In this document: positions 1 to 8,674 of the stretch, one piece after another
Position numbering within the stretch: position 1 is the stretch's first letter
Layout of the letters: each line of letters opens with the position of its first letter
From: Bdellovibrionota bacterium
GTDB taxonomy: Bacteria > Bdellovibrionota_C > UBA2361 > OMII01
Assembly: GCA_044356215.1 (NCBI GenBank)
Contig: JBIKWQ010000068.1
Location: 1 to 18,499, forward strand
DNA length: 18,499 nucleotides
Direction of reading: 5' to 3'
The notes under the pieces: model-generated
Databases searched by the model: none
Told to the model about the DNA's origin: nothing
Seen by the model: only the letters and a program-made list of their open reading frames with translations
Position numbers and translations under genes: made by a program

Positions 1-1
1 T

Positions 2-148
2 CGTAAGACATCACTTAACCGTGAGAATCTCTATCGAAGCTTGTCAAAGAAGGGCAACCCTAAGCTCTCAAGCTTGGCGTCTATTCTGGAAGCTGTCGGC
101 ATACACCTATACTTCGCGCCGACGAAGAAACAAAAAAAAGCAGCCTAA
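2..148 (+). CDS. 3' end of a putative addiction-module antidote (HTH antitoxin-like) protein, truncated by the window start
   Basis: Frame +2 (not in the ORF track) reads RKTSLNRENLYRSLSKKGNPKLSSLASILEAVGIHLYFAPTKKQKKAA*, with TAA at 146-148. LNRENLYRxLSxxGNPxLS is the typical motif of HI1420-like addiction-module antidote proteins. Confidence 0.8.
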   Translation, partial: RKTSLNRENLYRSLSKKGNPKLSSLASILEAVGIHLYFAPTKKQKKAA

Positions 149-165
149 GGGAATGACGTGCTCCC

Positions 166-191
166 GCCAGGCGTCACCTGGCTCTTGTTTT
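166..191 (+). terminator. Possible intrinsic terminator downstream of the antitoxin-like gene
   Basis: GCCAGG-cgtca-CCTGGC hairpin (166-182) followed by TCTTGTTTT. Confidence 0.4.
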
Positions 192-674
192 GCACCTACA
201 ATCACCTGGAATTCCGCTACAAAGCTGATTCTATCATAAGAACACTGAACAGCTATGGTTGGATAACATAGTACTGTCCCGATCCGCCCATCTACGCGTC
301 TCGAGCCCTCTTTTCATGCTACCTCACTCCCTCTCTGTACTCAATTAAACAACAACCTGAACAAATTTAAATTATTACAGCATTATTTCGGACCTGGCCC
401 ATCTAGCTATTTTGGGTAGATGACCAGATCTGCCCATCTAGGACCCCATGCTGAGGTAAAGGCACTTTCTGAGCACGTAACTTAAACTTATCCCGCGACT
501 CTTCGATCTATCTGTTAGTTAAGAAAATACCAAACCATCCAGAGAAGCGATTTGAGAAATGAATGAATTAAGTGAGGGAATAGGATAAGGCTAACGCTAT
601 TTTTTCGATCCTCAGATTTAACTAGCACAGATGCTACTTAGGCCCTAACACAGCCCTTAACTCGCCTGGTACTT

Positions 675-1733
675 CTAAGCCGCGTTACGCGACAACTTAT
701 CTGTATTACTAGACGCTGAGACTCCGGCGCTTGACCTAGTTCTACAAAGCTTCCCAGAAATAGGCTTCTCTGGGCTACTGTTTAAATCAAAGTTTATCCA
801 CGAAAGAAGGAGCTGCGCCCCTAGGATAACTTGAATAGTAGCCAACAACACCGTACCTGTTGGCGCCGCGACCTGTAGCTGACTGTAATGCGACCACTCG
901 GATAAACCAAAAATGGTTCCCGATGCTGTTAGCGTAAGCCCTGCCAACAACTCAATCGACGCGGCATTAAAGTTACGGAGAAAATACGAGTAAAAAACAC
1001 GCTTAAAAAAGCGTCCTAAGTAAAGAAGCGGGAATTCAACAAGCACCCGACGGATCTTTAAATTACTCTCCTCGTCCGCGTAAACGGCGTCCATCGGAAT
1101 ATCCTCAACTACCGCCTGCAGGGTGTTTAATCTAAAGAGCATGTCGCTCTCAAAGAAGTAACGCGATGCTATCTTATCGTGAGGAAGAGCCGCGGCTACT
1201 CGGGAGTCGATCGCCGTGTATCCGTTTGTCGGATCCATGACTCGCCAGTAGCCACTCGATAACTTAGAGATAAAAGACAATCCCGCGTTGCCGATCAATC
1301 TTAAGAGAGGCATTCCACGCAGCGACTCTAGATCAAAGAAGCGGTTGCCTTTAGTGTAATCCGCTTCCTCATCTAAGATAGGTTTGACAAATCTGGCGAT
1401 GAGATCTGGGTCCATCTGACCATCGCCATCTAATTTGACTATAACTCCCGCTCCAAGCTGAATCGCCTTTCTGTATCCTGCTAAGACAGCTCCACCAACT
1501 CCACAGTTGTTCTTTAGGAATTCAACTACTACTCGTGGATCTTTACACTCGCTCTGGACAAGACGGCCACTCCCCTCGGGGCAGGCGTCATCCACAACAA
1601 CTATAAGAGATACCTCGGCTCCGATCCCGTTAATAACCCTAAGGATCTGTTTGGCAACCCGGTAGCACGGAATGACAACGGCGATAGTCGGATTTGGGTG
1701 GGTAGATGTGAGACTCATCACCATATGATGCAA
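675..1733 (-). CDS. Glycosyltransferase family 2 (DPM1-like / polyprenol-phosphate glycosyltransferase) with two C-terminal TM helices
   Basis: Motifs VVIPCY, VVDDACPEGS, NCGVGGA, KLDGDGQMDP, GNRF, DPTNGY and YFFESDML; hydrophobic C-terminal segments. The true start may be one of the nearby downstream ATGs. Confidence 0.92.
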   Translation of the reverse strand: MHHMVMSLTSTHPNPTIAVVIPCYRVAKQILRVINGIGAEVSLIVVVDDACPEGSGRLVQSECKDPRVVVEFLKNNCGVGGAVLAGYRKAIQLGAGVIVKLDGDGQMDPDLIARFVKPILDEEADYTKGNRFFDLESLRGMPLLRLIGNAGLSFISKLSSGYWRVMDPTNGYTAIDSRVAAALPHDKIASRYFFESDMLFRLNTLQAVVEDIPMDAVYADEESNLKIRRVLVEFPLLYLGRFFKRVFYSYFLRNFNAASIELLAGLTLTASGTIFGLSEWSHYSQLQVAAPTGTVLLATIQVILGAQLLLSWINFDLNSSPEKPISGKLCRTRSSAGVSASSNTDKLSRNAA

Positions 1734-1843
1734 TGAAGAGAATTTTTAGTCACCTAGACTCTCAAGCCCCAACCAGACTCATAACCAGCTAATATTACTA
1801 TTATTATTAAAACATCTTAGTTTAATAGACTTAAAGCTTCCTG

Positions 1844-1872
1844 TTTACGAATGAACAAAAAATTCGTAAGGT
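1844..1872 (+). promoter_or_regulatory. Candidate sigma70-type promoter overlapped by an operator-like palindrome
   Basis: TTTACG (1844-1849), 17 nt, TAAGGT (1867-1872), then ATG at 1880 with no SD. Perfect inverted repeat TTACGAAT-N9-ATTCGTAA at 1845-1869. Confidence 0.35.
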
Positions 1873-1879
1873 TAGCGCC

Positions 1880-2314
1880 ATGCGACCAATAATGTTTCTT
1901 CCCTCTGTACTCCTAAGTCTTGTTCTTTTGTATCTACCCAATCCAGTTAGCTCGGAGAGCGCCCCAGATACCCTACCACCAGCGTCTAATATCCAGGGTC
2001 AGATGATCGTTATTACTGATAGCGGCCTGGAGCCTCGTGATATCACTATTAGCCGCGAGGAACGCGTGGCTTTCTTTGTTAACAATTCTAAAGAGTCACT
2101 GATTACTATTGAAGTTGATTTCGGAAAGAATACAACTCACTGCGCCTCAAAAAACTTAGAGATAACAGAAGATGGCAAGGTGCGCTCAACAAAACCTGTC
2201 GCACCTAAAGATTTCGCGACGACATGTTTTCATGAGAGCGGAAGATATCCATTCACAGTTAATGGAATTCAGGGCCAGGCGGATGGCGTGCGAGGAACGA
2301 TAACTGTTCAATAG
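1880..2314 (+). CDS. Secreted cupredoxin-like fold protein lacking the type-1 copper ligands
   Basis: Signal peptide. ITDSGLEPRDITI...VAFFVNNS and FHESGRYPF...GTITVQ match the cupredoxin pattern, but the C-terminal Cys/His/Met ligand loop is absent. Confidence 0.6.
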   Translation: MRPIMFLPSVLLSLVLLYLPNPVSSESAPDTLPPASNIQGQMIVITDSGLEPRDITISREERVAFFVNNSKESLITIEVDFGKNTTHCASKNLEITEDGKVRSTKPVAPKDFATTCFHESGRYPFTVNGIQGQADGVRGTITVQ

Positions 2315-2333
2315 GAGCTAATACTAACGCATT

Positions 2334-3524
2334 ATGAAGAGACACCCTTTTTATTCAGCTCTTCTAAGCGCCTCGCTCGTGTTAATCGCTCAAGGATTAG
2401 TTGCTTGCGGACCAACCGCTCGAGTGAAGCTCCCCCCTAACACAGCGCTGCCGACTCACTTGGCGCTTCTACCATCTGACTTCTCAATCGATATCCCTAA
2501 AGAGCGGATTGAACTAGTTCGCGGTGCTGTGCTTAGCGAGCTTCGCAACAGAAACTTTATCGTAGCGGATGATAAGATCGTTAACTCAACATGCTCGTCA
2601 CCAAAATGCCCAGAGATGTCGCGACTAGCGAAGGATTATCTGATTGATGGTTTCGCCACCCTAAAGATCGAGTCTTTCTCTAAGAACAGCTTCTTAGCAG
2701 GTTATTATAACGAGCTAGCCGGATCGCTCTCTGTATCAGATCGCTCCGGCAAGGAGCTTATCGCCATAGATCACACCGAATCTGAGCGCGGCGGGCTGAT
2801 CTTTAATTCCGGCCAGGTGATACAGGGGATAATCTCGCAGGTGAACAACTCAGGTGACGCCGCCTACAAAGAGCTCTCCTCGCAATTCGCGAAGGCAATA
2901 GTCGAACAGTTGCCAGCACCAGAGGTTAGCGCCTCCAGCACAACACCCGAGAGCCTAGACGTAGTGATAAATTCAGCGGATGCCTCTTGGAGCTCCCCTA
3001 CTAGCTATACCGTGTGCGTAAACGGAACTCCTAAATCCTTAGCCGCTGTTATCGTTGAATCACAGCGCGCGTCGCTGCGCGAGATTAAGCCAGGGCGCTA
3101 CTGCGGAGCGTTCTCCTCACTCGTGGCCCCAGCTTCGGCAAACGGGTCAACTTTTGTCGAGCTTCGCACCGCCTACGGTAACTCGGAGCGGAAAGCGATT
3201 ACCCTACCGACGATTGCTCCTTGTGAGTTAGATAATAGAATCAAGCCCGCGCAATCGGATCTCATGGTAAGCTGCTCTGTTGTGGGCAACGATCTATCGC
3301 GCGCTAACTCAGGGTGCTCAAAAGAACTTCCGCTCTGCAAAGCTGATAAGATAGTTCTCTACTCTGCGGCGACTAATTCATTCTCACGAGCGGCGGAATC
3401 TAGGCGCTCAACGATTAAGCTACCCGATCCAAAAGGATTTTACGAAGTAGTAGCGATCGGCGCCGGTGGAATCCCTTCGGTTCCTGTTCGTTTTCCAGAG
3501 TCAGTAAACAGCTCTACAAAATAG
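2334..3524 (+). CDS. Cys-rich lipoprotein with a DUF799/GNA1162-like N-terminal domain and beta-sandwich C-terminal domains
   Basis: Lipobox LVAC. HLALLP...SELRNRNF...IDGF pattern. Eight Cys besides the lipidated one. Paralogous to the next gene. Confidence 0.65.
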   Translation: MKRHPFYSALLSASLVLIAQGLVACGPTARVKLPPNTALPTHLALLPSDFSIDIPKERIELVRGAVLSELRNRNFIVADDKIVNSTCSSPKCPEMSRLAKDYLIDGFATLKIESFSKNSFLAGYYNELAGSLSVSDRSGKELIAIDHTESERGGLIFNSGQVIQGIISQVNNSGDAAYKELSSQFAKAIVEQLPAPEVSASSTTPESLDVVINSADASWSSPTSYTVCVNGTPKSLAAVIVESQRASLREIKPGRYCGAFSSLVAPASANGSTFVELRTAYGNSERKAITLPTIAPCELDNRIKPAQSDLMVSCSVVGNDLSRANSGCSKELPLCKADKIVLYSAATNSFSRAAESRRSTIKLPDPKGFYEVVAIGAGGIPSVPVRFPESVNSSTK

Positions 3525-3531
3525 ACTTCTT

Positions 3532-4551
3532 ATGATTAAAAGCTACAAAAATATCCTAGCCGCTATAATCACGACGTTAATCTGCGGATGTAGCGGAAGC
3601 TACAAACCACAGCTCTTCTTTAATCCAGGCGAGCCTATCAGAATAGCTGTTTTGCCGTTCGCTCAGGTTGATAGCGCGGGTAAAATAGTAGAAGGGGGCG
3701 ATCCTAATCTTCTAATCGATAATGTTGCGCTAGTATCATCAAAGCTAAAACAGACACCAGTGCAGTTCGCCAGAGATCTAGTTCAATCAGAGTTAGCTCA
3801 AGCGTCACTTGATATCGTACCACCTCCGATCGTAGACGCGCTGCTTCACCACAGCGTTTATGAGATCCCAGGATCGCGGCCACTGGCGCTTGATGTCGCC
3901 CGGATAATGCGCGCCGATCCAAAAGAGATCTGCACGAAGATCCTCTCGTGCGACGCTGTTCTCTACGGAAAAGTCACCCGTTGGGACCGCAGCTATTACG
4001 GAATTCAATCAGTAGCCACCGTAGGTCTTAACTTAAGACTCGTCTCCGCGAAGACCGGGAAATTACTTTTTGAGACAACCGCTGAAGACTCTGATAGCCG
4101 TGGACTTACCAAGGGACCAACCGGGTTTTCAAATTTAGTGCTCGAGCCACTTCAGGGTTTAGATAATGAGATTATCACCGACTTAGCTCGCAACATGGTC
4201 AGTAAAGCTGTGGCACCGTTGTCAGGGCGCGACAGGCCGGAATTTCTCTCAACTCCAGCTCCGATAGTAATCGCCGCGAGCCACAGCGCTCGCGCTGGGG
4301 GCGTTATTCAAAATAACGGTCGGCTGATCGTAGTGGTGTACGGCAGCCCTGGGATGTTAGGCAGCTTTGATATCGGCAGCGAAGCTCAAGGGATCCCTTT
4401 AGTTGAACGGAGCAAGGGTCACTATGTAGGCGAGTTTGTTCCGCTTAACGGCGAGTCATTTAGTAATCAGGTAGTCTCAACATCTCTACGTGATAAAGCT
4501 GGTCGCGTGACAACAACTCAATTAACTAAGCGTCCGGTTTCGTATCGTTAA
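3532..4551 (+). CDS. Lipoprotein, DUF799/GNA1162-like (CsgG/TolB-N-like fold) with a C-terminal beta-sandwich domain
   Basis: Lipobox ICGC. Motifs RIAVLPF, CDAVLYGKVTRWD, VGLNLRLVSAKTGKLLF. Confidence 0.75.
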   Translation: MIKSYKNILAAIITTLICGCSGSYKPQLFFNPGEPIRIAVLPFAQVDSAGKIVEGGDPNLLIDNVALVSSKLKQTPVQFARDLVQSELAQASLDIVPPPIVDALLHHSVYEIPGSRPLALDVARIMRADPKEICTKILSCDAVLYGKVTRWDRSYYGIQSVATVGLNLRLVSAKTGKLLFETTAEDSDSRGLTKGPTGFSNLVLEPLQGLDNEIITDLARNMVSKAVAPLSGRDRPEFLSTPAPIVIAASHSARAGGVIQNNGRLIVVVYGSPGMLGSFDIGSEAQGIPLVERSKGHYVGEFVPLNGESFSNQVVSTSLRDKAGRVTTTQLTKRPVSYR

Positions 4552-4555
4552 ATCT

Positions 4556-5077
4556 ATGCGCTCGCTTTTATTCCGCTTGCTACCTCTACTCTTTGTATTT
4601 AGCCAATTTTGCCACGCTATGCCCAGCAATACCGAGGCGATCGCTAATCATGAATTCCAAACCGCATATGGGAATGAGATTAAGCTAAGCGCTCTCCGCG
4701 GATCCGTTGTGGTTCTTCACTTTATGGCCTCCTGGTGTGGCGAGTGTCTGATAGAGGCACCTTCGATAAATAGGTTGCGACAGATTACCAAAGATGACGG
4801 TATCGAGATCGTCGGGGTCTCGTTGGACGAGTATTTACCAGCAGTAGAAGCTCTGGTTAGTCGCGCTAATATAAAATACCCAGTCATCTTTGATCACGGT
4901 GGGAAACTTAAAAAGTTCTTCTCTATTCGCGGAGTGCCGGTGACTATTGTACTAGATAAATCTGGGCAGGTAGCTCAGTTTACCGATCCGGAAACTGGAA
5001 GAAGGACTGAAAAGGTGCAGGGATCTAGGGATTGGGGCTCTGAGGCGGCGGTTAGGAGCTTGCGCGAGGTGAGGTAG
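4556..5077 (+). CDS. TlpA/ResA-family thiol-disulfide oxidoreductase, exported
   Basis: Signal peptide, LRGSVVVLHFMASWCGEC (CxxC), IVGVSLD, cis-Pro loop GVP, G-x-R-D-W C-terminal motif. Confidence 0.92.
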   Translation: MRSLLFRLLPLLFVFSQFCHAMPSNTEAIANHEFQTAYGNEIKLSALRGSVVVLHFMASWCGECLIEAPSINRLRQITKDDGIEIVGVSLDEYLPAVEALVSRANIKYPVIFDHGGKLKKFFSIRGVPVTIVLDKSGQVAQFTDPETGRRTEKVQGSRDWGSEAAVRSLREVR

Positions 5078-5191
5078 AAAGGAGAAGGCGCCAGAGGCTC
5101 GGGGAATCTCTAAAGAGGCTTTGCATGTAGCATGCCGTGCACGTAAACGTTTTTCGCGCTGATGCACCATTTTCATCCTCCTCAACGGCTC

Positions 5192-5443
5192 AATTTAATG
5201 TTGGGCGGTTTAACTCTTGAGTTCCTAACCTCTGCGATCCTCTGCGTGCCTCCGTGGTTTCCTGCTGCCCGGGGTATTTAGGGTAGAACCACAGAGGAGC
5301 ACAGAGTAACACAGAGAAGGATATGTGCTGTAATTTAATACTGGGCGCGCTAACTCTTTAGGTCCTAGACTCTTAGATCCTCTGCGTACCTTGGAGGTCT
5401 CCTCCTACCCCGAACCTTTAGGGTGCAACCACAGGGCACGAGG
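5192..5443. repeat. Degenerate tandem duplication (period 140 bp) made of alternately oriented ACCACAGAG..CAGAG palindromic units (BIME-like array)
   Basis: AATTTAAT..TGGGCG..TAACTCTT..TCCTA..GATCCTCTGCGT..TTTAGGGT..AACCACAG starts at both 5192 and 5332. Units lie at 5230-5259 (-), 5287-5316 (+), 5370-5399 (-) and 5427-5443 (+, partial). Confidence 0.75.
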
Positions 5444-5460
5444 TCCCACCCTGATTTTCC

Positions 5461-6693
5461 CTACCCCAACTTCCCAGCAAGCCTATCAGCTACTGCCGAC
5501 AGAAACTCCTCTGTAGTCACATAGTGCTCACGCTTTGTGGCTTCCCCATGAATGCACATCGCTAGGTCCTTGGTCATCACACCACTCTCAACAACCTCGA
5601 CACAGACACGCTCAAGGGTCTTGGAGAAATTTACCAGCTCCTGATTCCCATCGAACTGACCGCGATATGTCAAACCAACCGTCCACGCGAAGATAGACGC
5701 GATCGGATTTGTTGATGTCTCCTTCCCCTGCTGATGCAATCGGAAGTGCCTAGTCACTGTGCCGTGTGCGGCTTCAGCCTCGATCGTCTTACCATCCTCG
5801 GTCATTAAAACCGAGGTCATTAAACCAAGCGATCCGAAGCCCTGCGCGACAGAGTCAGACTGAACATCACCGTCATAGTTCTTGCACGCCCAGACGAAAC
5901 CACCACTCGATTTCATCGTGTACGCGACCATATCATCGATTAAGCGGTGCTGATATTCGATCCCAGCCGCCTCAAACTTTGACTTAAACTCACCATCGTA
6001 AACTTCCTGGAAGATATCCTTAAACCTTCCATCGTAAGCCTTAAGGATCGTGTTCTTAGTCGATAGGTAAGTCGACAACTTCTTGGCTAATCCATAGTTA
6101 AGACAGCTACGGGCGAAGCTACGGATCGACTCATCGAGGTTGTACATCCCCATAGCGACGCCGCTACCATCAAAATTAAAAACCTCGTGCTCGATCTTCT
6201 CTCCGCCGCCTGCTGGAGTGAAGGTCATAGTTAATCTTCCCGGACCTGGAACCTTGAAGTCTGTTGCCTTGTACTGATCTCCAAAGGCGTGGCGTCCGAT
6301 AACGATCGACTTATTCCATCCAGGAACCAATCGCGGGATGTTCTTACAGATAATCGGCTCGCGGAACACCGTACCGCCGATGATGTTACGGATCGTCCCG
6401 TTTGGAGACTTCCACATCTTGCGCAGATTAAACTCCTTAACACGCGCCTCATCCGGGGTAATCGTGGCGCACTTTATACCAACGCCGTACTTCTTGATCG
6501 CCTCCGCGGAATCAACTGTAACCTTATCCTCTGTGGCGTCACGGTTCTGAATTGAAAGATCGTAGTATTTAAGATCTACATCTAGAAAGGGAAGAATTAA
6601 CTTCTCGCGGATTATCTGCCAGATAATCCGAGTCATCTCATCACCATCTAACTCCACTACAGGGTTAGCTACCTTAATCTTCTTTGTGGCCAT
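5461..6693 (-). CDS. icd: NADP-dependent isocitrate dehydrogenase (homodimeric, IDH1/IDH2-like type)
   Basis: [82 protein letters not shown]. Confidence 0.98.
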   Translation of the reverse strand: MATKKIKVANPVVELDGDEMTRIIWQIIREKLILPFLDVDLKYYDLSIQNRDATEDKVTVDSAEAIKKYGVGIKCATITPDEARVKEFNLRKMWKSPNGTIRNIIGGTVFREPIICKNIPRLVPGWNKSIVIGRHAFGDQYKATDFKVPGPGRLTMTFTPAGGGEKIEHEVFNFDGSGVAMGMYNLDESIRSFARSCLNYGLAKKLSTYLSTKNTILKAYDGRFKDIFQEVYDGEFKSKFEAAGIEYQHRLIDDMVAYTMKSSGGFVWACKNYDGDVQSDSVAQGFGSLGLMTSVLMTEDGKTIEAEAAHGTVTRHFRLHQQGKETSTNPIASIFAWTVGLTYRGQFDGNQELVNFSKTLERVCVEVVESGVMTKDLAMCIHGEATKREHYVTTEEFLSAVADRLAGKLG

Positions 6694-6738
6694 AGTTTCT
6701 ATCCTTGGTAAATCGATATCAAACGATACTATTATAAG

Positions 6739-7263
6739 TTAAACATCCGTCCCACTTCCAACAAAATGGCTGGTTTTATCGGCGAAAAGAGCGTTAAATG
6801 TCGTCAAGCTCCCATAGGAGCGGGTTATATACCCCTGAAGCTCAAGCTTATCAGCGGAGTCTAGATTCGGATGGTTGTTAATCTTCTGCTCCAGCACCCT
6901 GAGCTTCTCTCTGACACCGATAATCTTTTTAATAAACGCCTCTATAGGGATCTCTTTAGCTTGAGTATCCTCTCGGCCCGGTATCATCTTTAAAGTACCA
7001 CCGATCCAGCGCTTCCCGACCTCAAGGTTAGTATCGGCCCAGCCGTAATCACCAAGCACCTCCTGAACTGCCAACTTAATCTGCTTTAGTTGCGGGTCCT
7101 CAGAGGTCTCAAGCGCCTTAATCTCCTGATAAGAGAACGGCACATTTCTGACGTCCCCTTTAAAGTGAATGATATAAAACTCCCCCTCGTATCCAACTAT
7201 CCGTCCCGCTCCTAGGTGAGCGTGTTGAATCATCGTTCCGACCGCAAATGATGGTTTTAGCAT
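6739..7263 (-). CDS. Hypothetical protein (small beta-rich N-terminal domain plus conserved-looking helical C-terminal domain)
   Basis: Clean ORF, likely starting at ATG 7263 (MLKPSFAVG...). The C-terminus KIIGVREKLRVLEQKINNHP...LQGYITRSYGSLTTFNALF looks like a conserved family. It lies 45 bp upstream of icd on the same strand. Confidence 0.8.
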   Translation of the reverse strand: MLKPSFAVGTMIQHAHLGAGRIVGYEGEFYIIHFKGDVRNVPFSYQEIKALETSEDPQLKQIKLAVQEVLGDYGWADTNLEVGKRWIGGTLKMIPGREDTQAKEIPIEAFIKKIIGVREKLRVLEQKINNHPNLDSADKLELQGYITRSYGSLTTFNALFADKTSHFVGSGTDV

Positions 7264-7345
7264 AAAGTTTCTCCGTGGGTTATTCTGTAGCACAGCGGGC
7301 TGGGTTGCACCATGTTAGATGGTGGCTGCTGGGATGATTAGTAAA

Positions 7346-7447
7346 TATTTTTGCCAGAAGAGGGTGCAGAGGACACCGAGAATCTCCATAATTTCCCGTA
7401 AAATGGCATATTCCCTGCCTCATCTGCGCCCTCTGTGGTGAAAAATA
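7346..7447. repeat. Inverted pair of degenerate ACCACAGAGGGCGCAGAG-type units (same family as 5230-5443)
   Basis: Left arm TATTTTTGCCAGAAGAGGGTGCAGAGGACACCGAGAAT (7346-7383). Reverse complement of the right arm (7410-7447) is TATTTTTCACCACAGAGGGCGCAGATGAGGCAGGGAAT. Confidence 0.7.
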
Positions 7448-7519
7448 ACCGCGGCTCCCTAAAGAGCTCAAAGGAAAAGCCTTGCCTCGGGCAGGGATCT
7501 ATAGGTACTAATTAACTCT

Positions 7520-8218
7520 ATGACTCAGGCCGTTCTTTTTGATTTTGGAGATACGTTAGTCGACTATCCCTTACGGGATCATCGGGGCCAGATCGAATAT
7601 ATAGTGGAATTCTTCAAGGAGATGGCCGCCGCTAATCTTATAGACCTAGCTCGTTTCAGTAACATTGAGGACCTAGCGAACGCCTTAAACACTGAGAATG
7701 CTGATCATTCAACCTGGCCTTTCGTTGAACGGCTAAGAAGCGATAGTTTTTTTAGCTTAGACCTTAGCTTGCAAGCCGCCAAGGAACTTGAGCGTAGGAT
7801 TTGCGACGGCGTTTTTAAGCGAGCCGAACCACTGCCAGACGCGCTTCCAACACTGATTGAATTAAAGAAGCGTGGCATCAAGACCGGAATAGTATCTAAT
7901 CTTCCCTGGGGGACGTGTTCGAGGATCTGGTCAGCGGAGTTCGCGCGCCACGGCTTCGGCGCCGATCTAATTGACGAGGTAGTTTGCTGCGTGGACGCTG
8001 GCTATCGAAAGCCTCATCCCGCGGCGATAATAGAATGTCTAAACCGACTCGGGTGCTCCCCGGACCGCTCGATATTTGTTGGAGATCGACACTCCGACGC
8101 GCAAGCCGGGAGAGCCGCTGGATGCCGCACAGCCCTAGTGCGAAGACGCGAGGACTCTGCGAGCGATGAATGTGATTTTATGCTTGAGGATCTCCGGGAT
8201 CTCGCGACTTTTCTGTAA
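7520..8218 (+). CDS. HAD-superfamily hydrolase, subfamily IA
   Basis: Motif I AVLFDFGDTL, motif II GIVSN, motif III RKPHP, motif IV FVGDRHSD. Confidence 0.92.
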   Translation: MTQAVLFDFGDTLVDYPLRDHRGQIEYIVEFFKEMAAANLIDLARFSNIEDLANALNTENADHSTWPFVERLRSDSFFSLDLSLQAAKELERRICDGVFKRAEPLPDALPTLIELKKRGIKTGIVSNLPWGTCSRIWSAEFARHGFGADLIDEVVCCVDAGYRKPHPAAIIECLNRLGCSPDRSIFVGDRHSDAQAGRAAGCRTALVRRREDSASDECDFMLEDLRDLATFL

Positions 8219-8423
8219 TAAACACAACTCATCCGCGGCTTTGCTTCGCCTCTCTTCCCCGCTCCACACCCCAAACTAGCCCAGTAAACGATAACGCTAA
8301 CAGCGAGAGTAAAAGCACGCCGAAGATTACTCGTGGCATATCGTAGAGGGATCCCGCTGTAAGGATGTAATGGCCGAGTCCAGCTTGAGAGCTGACGAAG
8401 TCGCCGATGAAAGCTCCCACTAA

Positions 8424-8674
8424 GGAAGGCCGGCAAAACCTAACCGTAGCGAGAAAGTGGAGGTTGAGTTGATATTCGATTTTCGAGATGGAAAAAAACC
8501 GCACCAGACTACGCCAAGGCTACGTCTGGTCCTACATTATCTCGCCGGCCGTAGCTTTAGCGAAGGTCGGAAGTGTATCCCCTGTGATACATTGAGGATT
8601 TTTTCCCATCTCGAAAAGTCGAAGAGCGACTCAAGATCCGCTTTCGCAGTAGGGATGGGTTTTGCCGGCCTTCC
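8424..8674 (+). mobile_element. 251-bp IS5-like MITE, copy 1
   Basis: Perfect 17-bp TIRs GGAAGGCCGGCAAAACC (8424-8440, 8658-8674). 4-bp direct repeat CTAA (8420-8423, 8675-8678). 8 mismatches versus copy 2. No transposase. Confidence 0.93.
8503..8570. repeat. 68-bp REP-like inverted doublet nested in MITE copy 1
   Basis: Hairpin units ACCAGAC-TACGCCAAGGCTAC-GTCTGGT and CCGGCC-GTAGCTTTAGCGAA-GGTCGG share the core CT(T/A)CGC(T/C)AA(A/G)GCTACG in opposite orientations. The module is absent from copy 3. Confidence 0.8.

Noticed and set aside
21..239. 72-aa ORF from the track
   Set aside because: It overlaps the antitoxin-like frame (+2), which has a recognisable motif, and has no features of its own.
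391..441. Imperfect hairpin with a repeated GCCCATCTAG as an integron attC site
   Set aside because: No RYYYAAC/GTTRRRY boxes, no second site and no integrase.
5192..5443. CRISPR array
   Set aside because: Units alternate in orientation, are degenerate, and have homologous rather than unique spacers. No cas genes are present.
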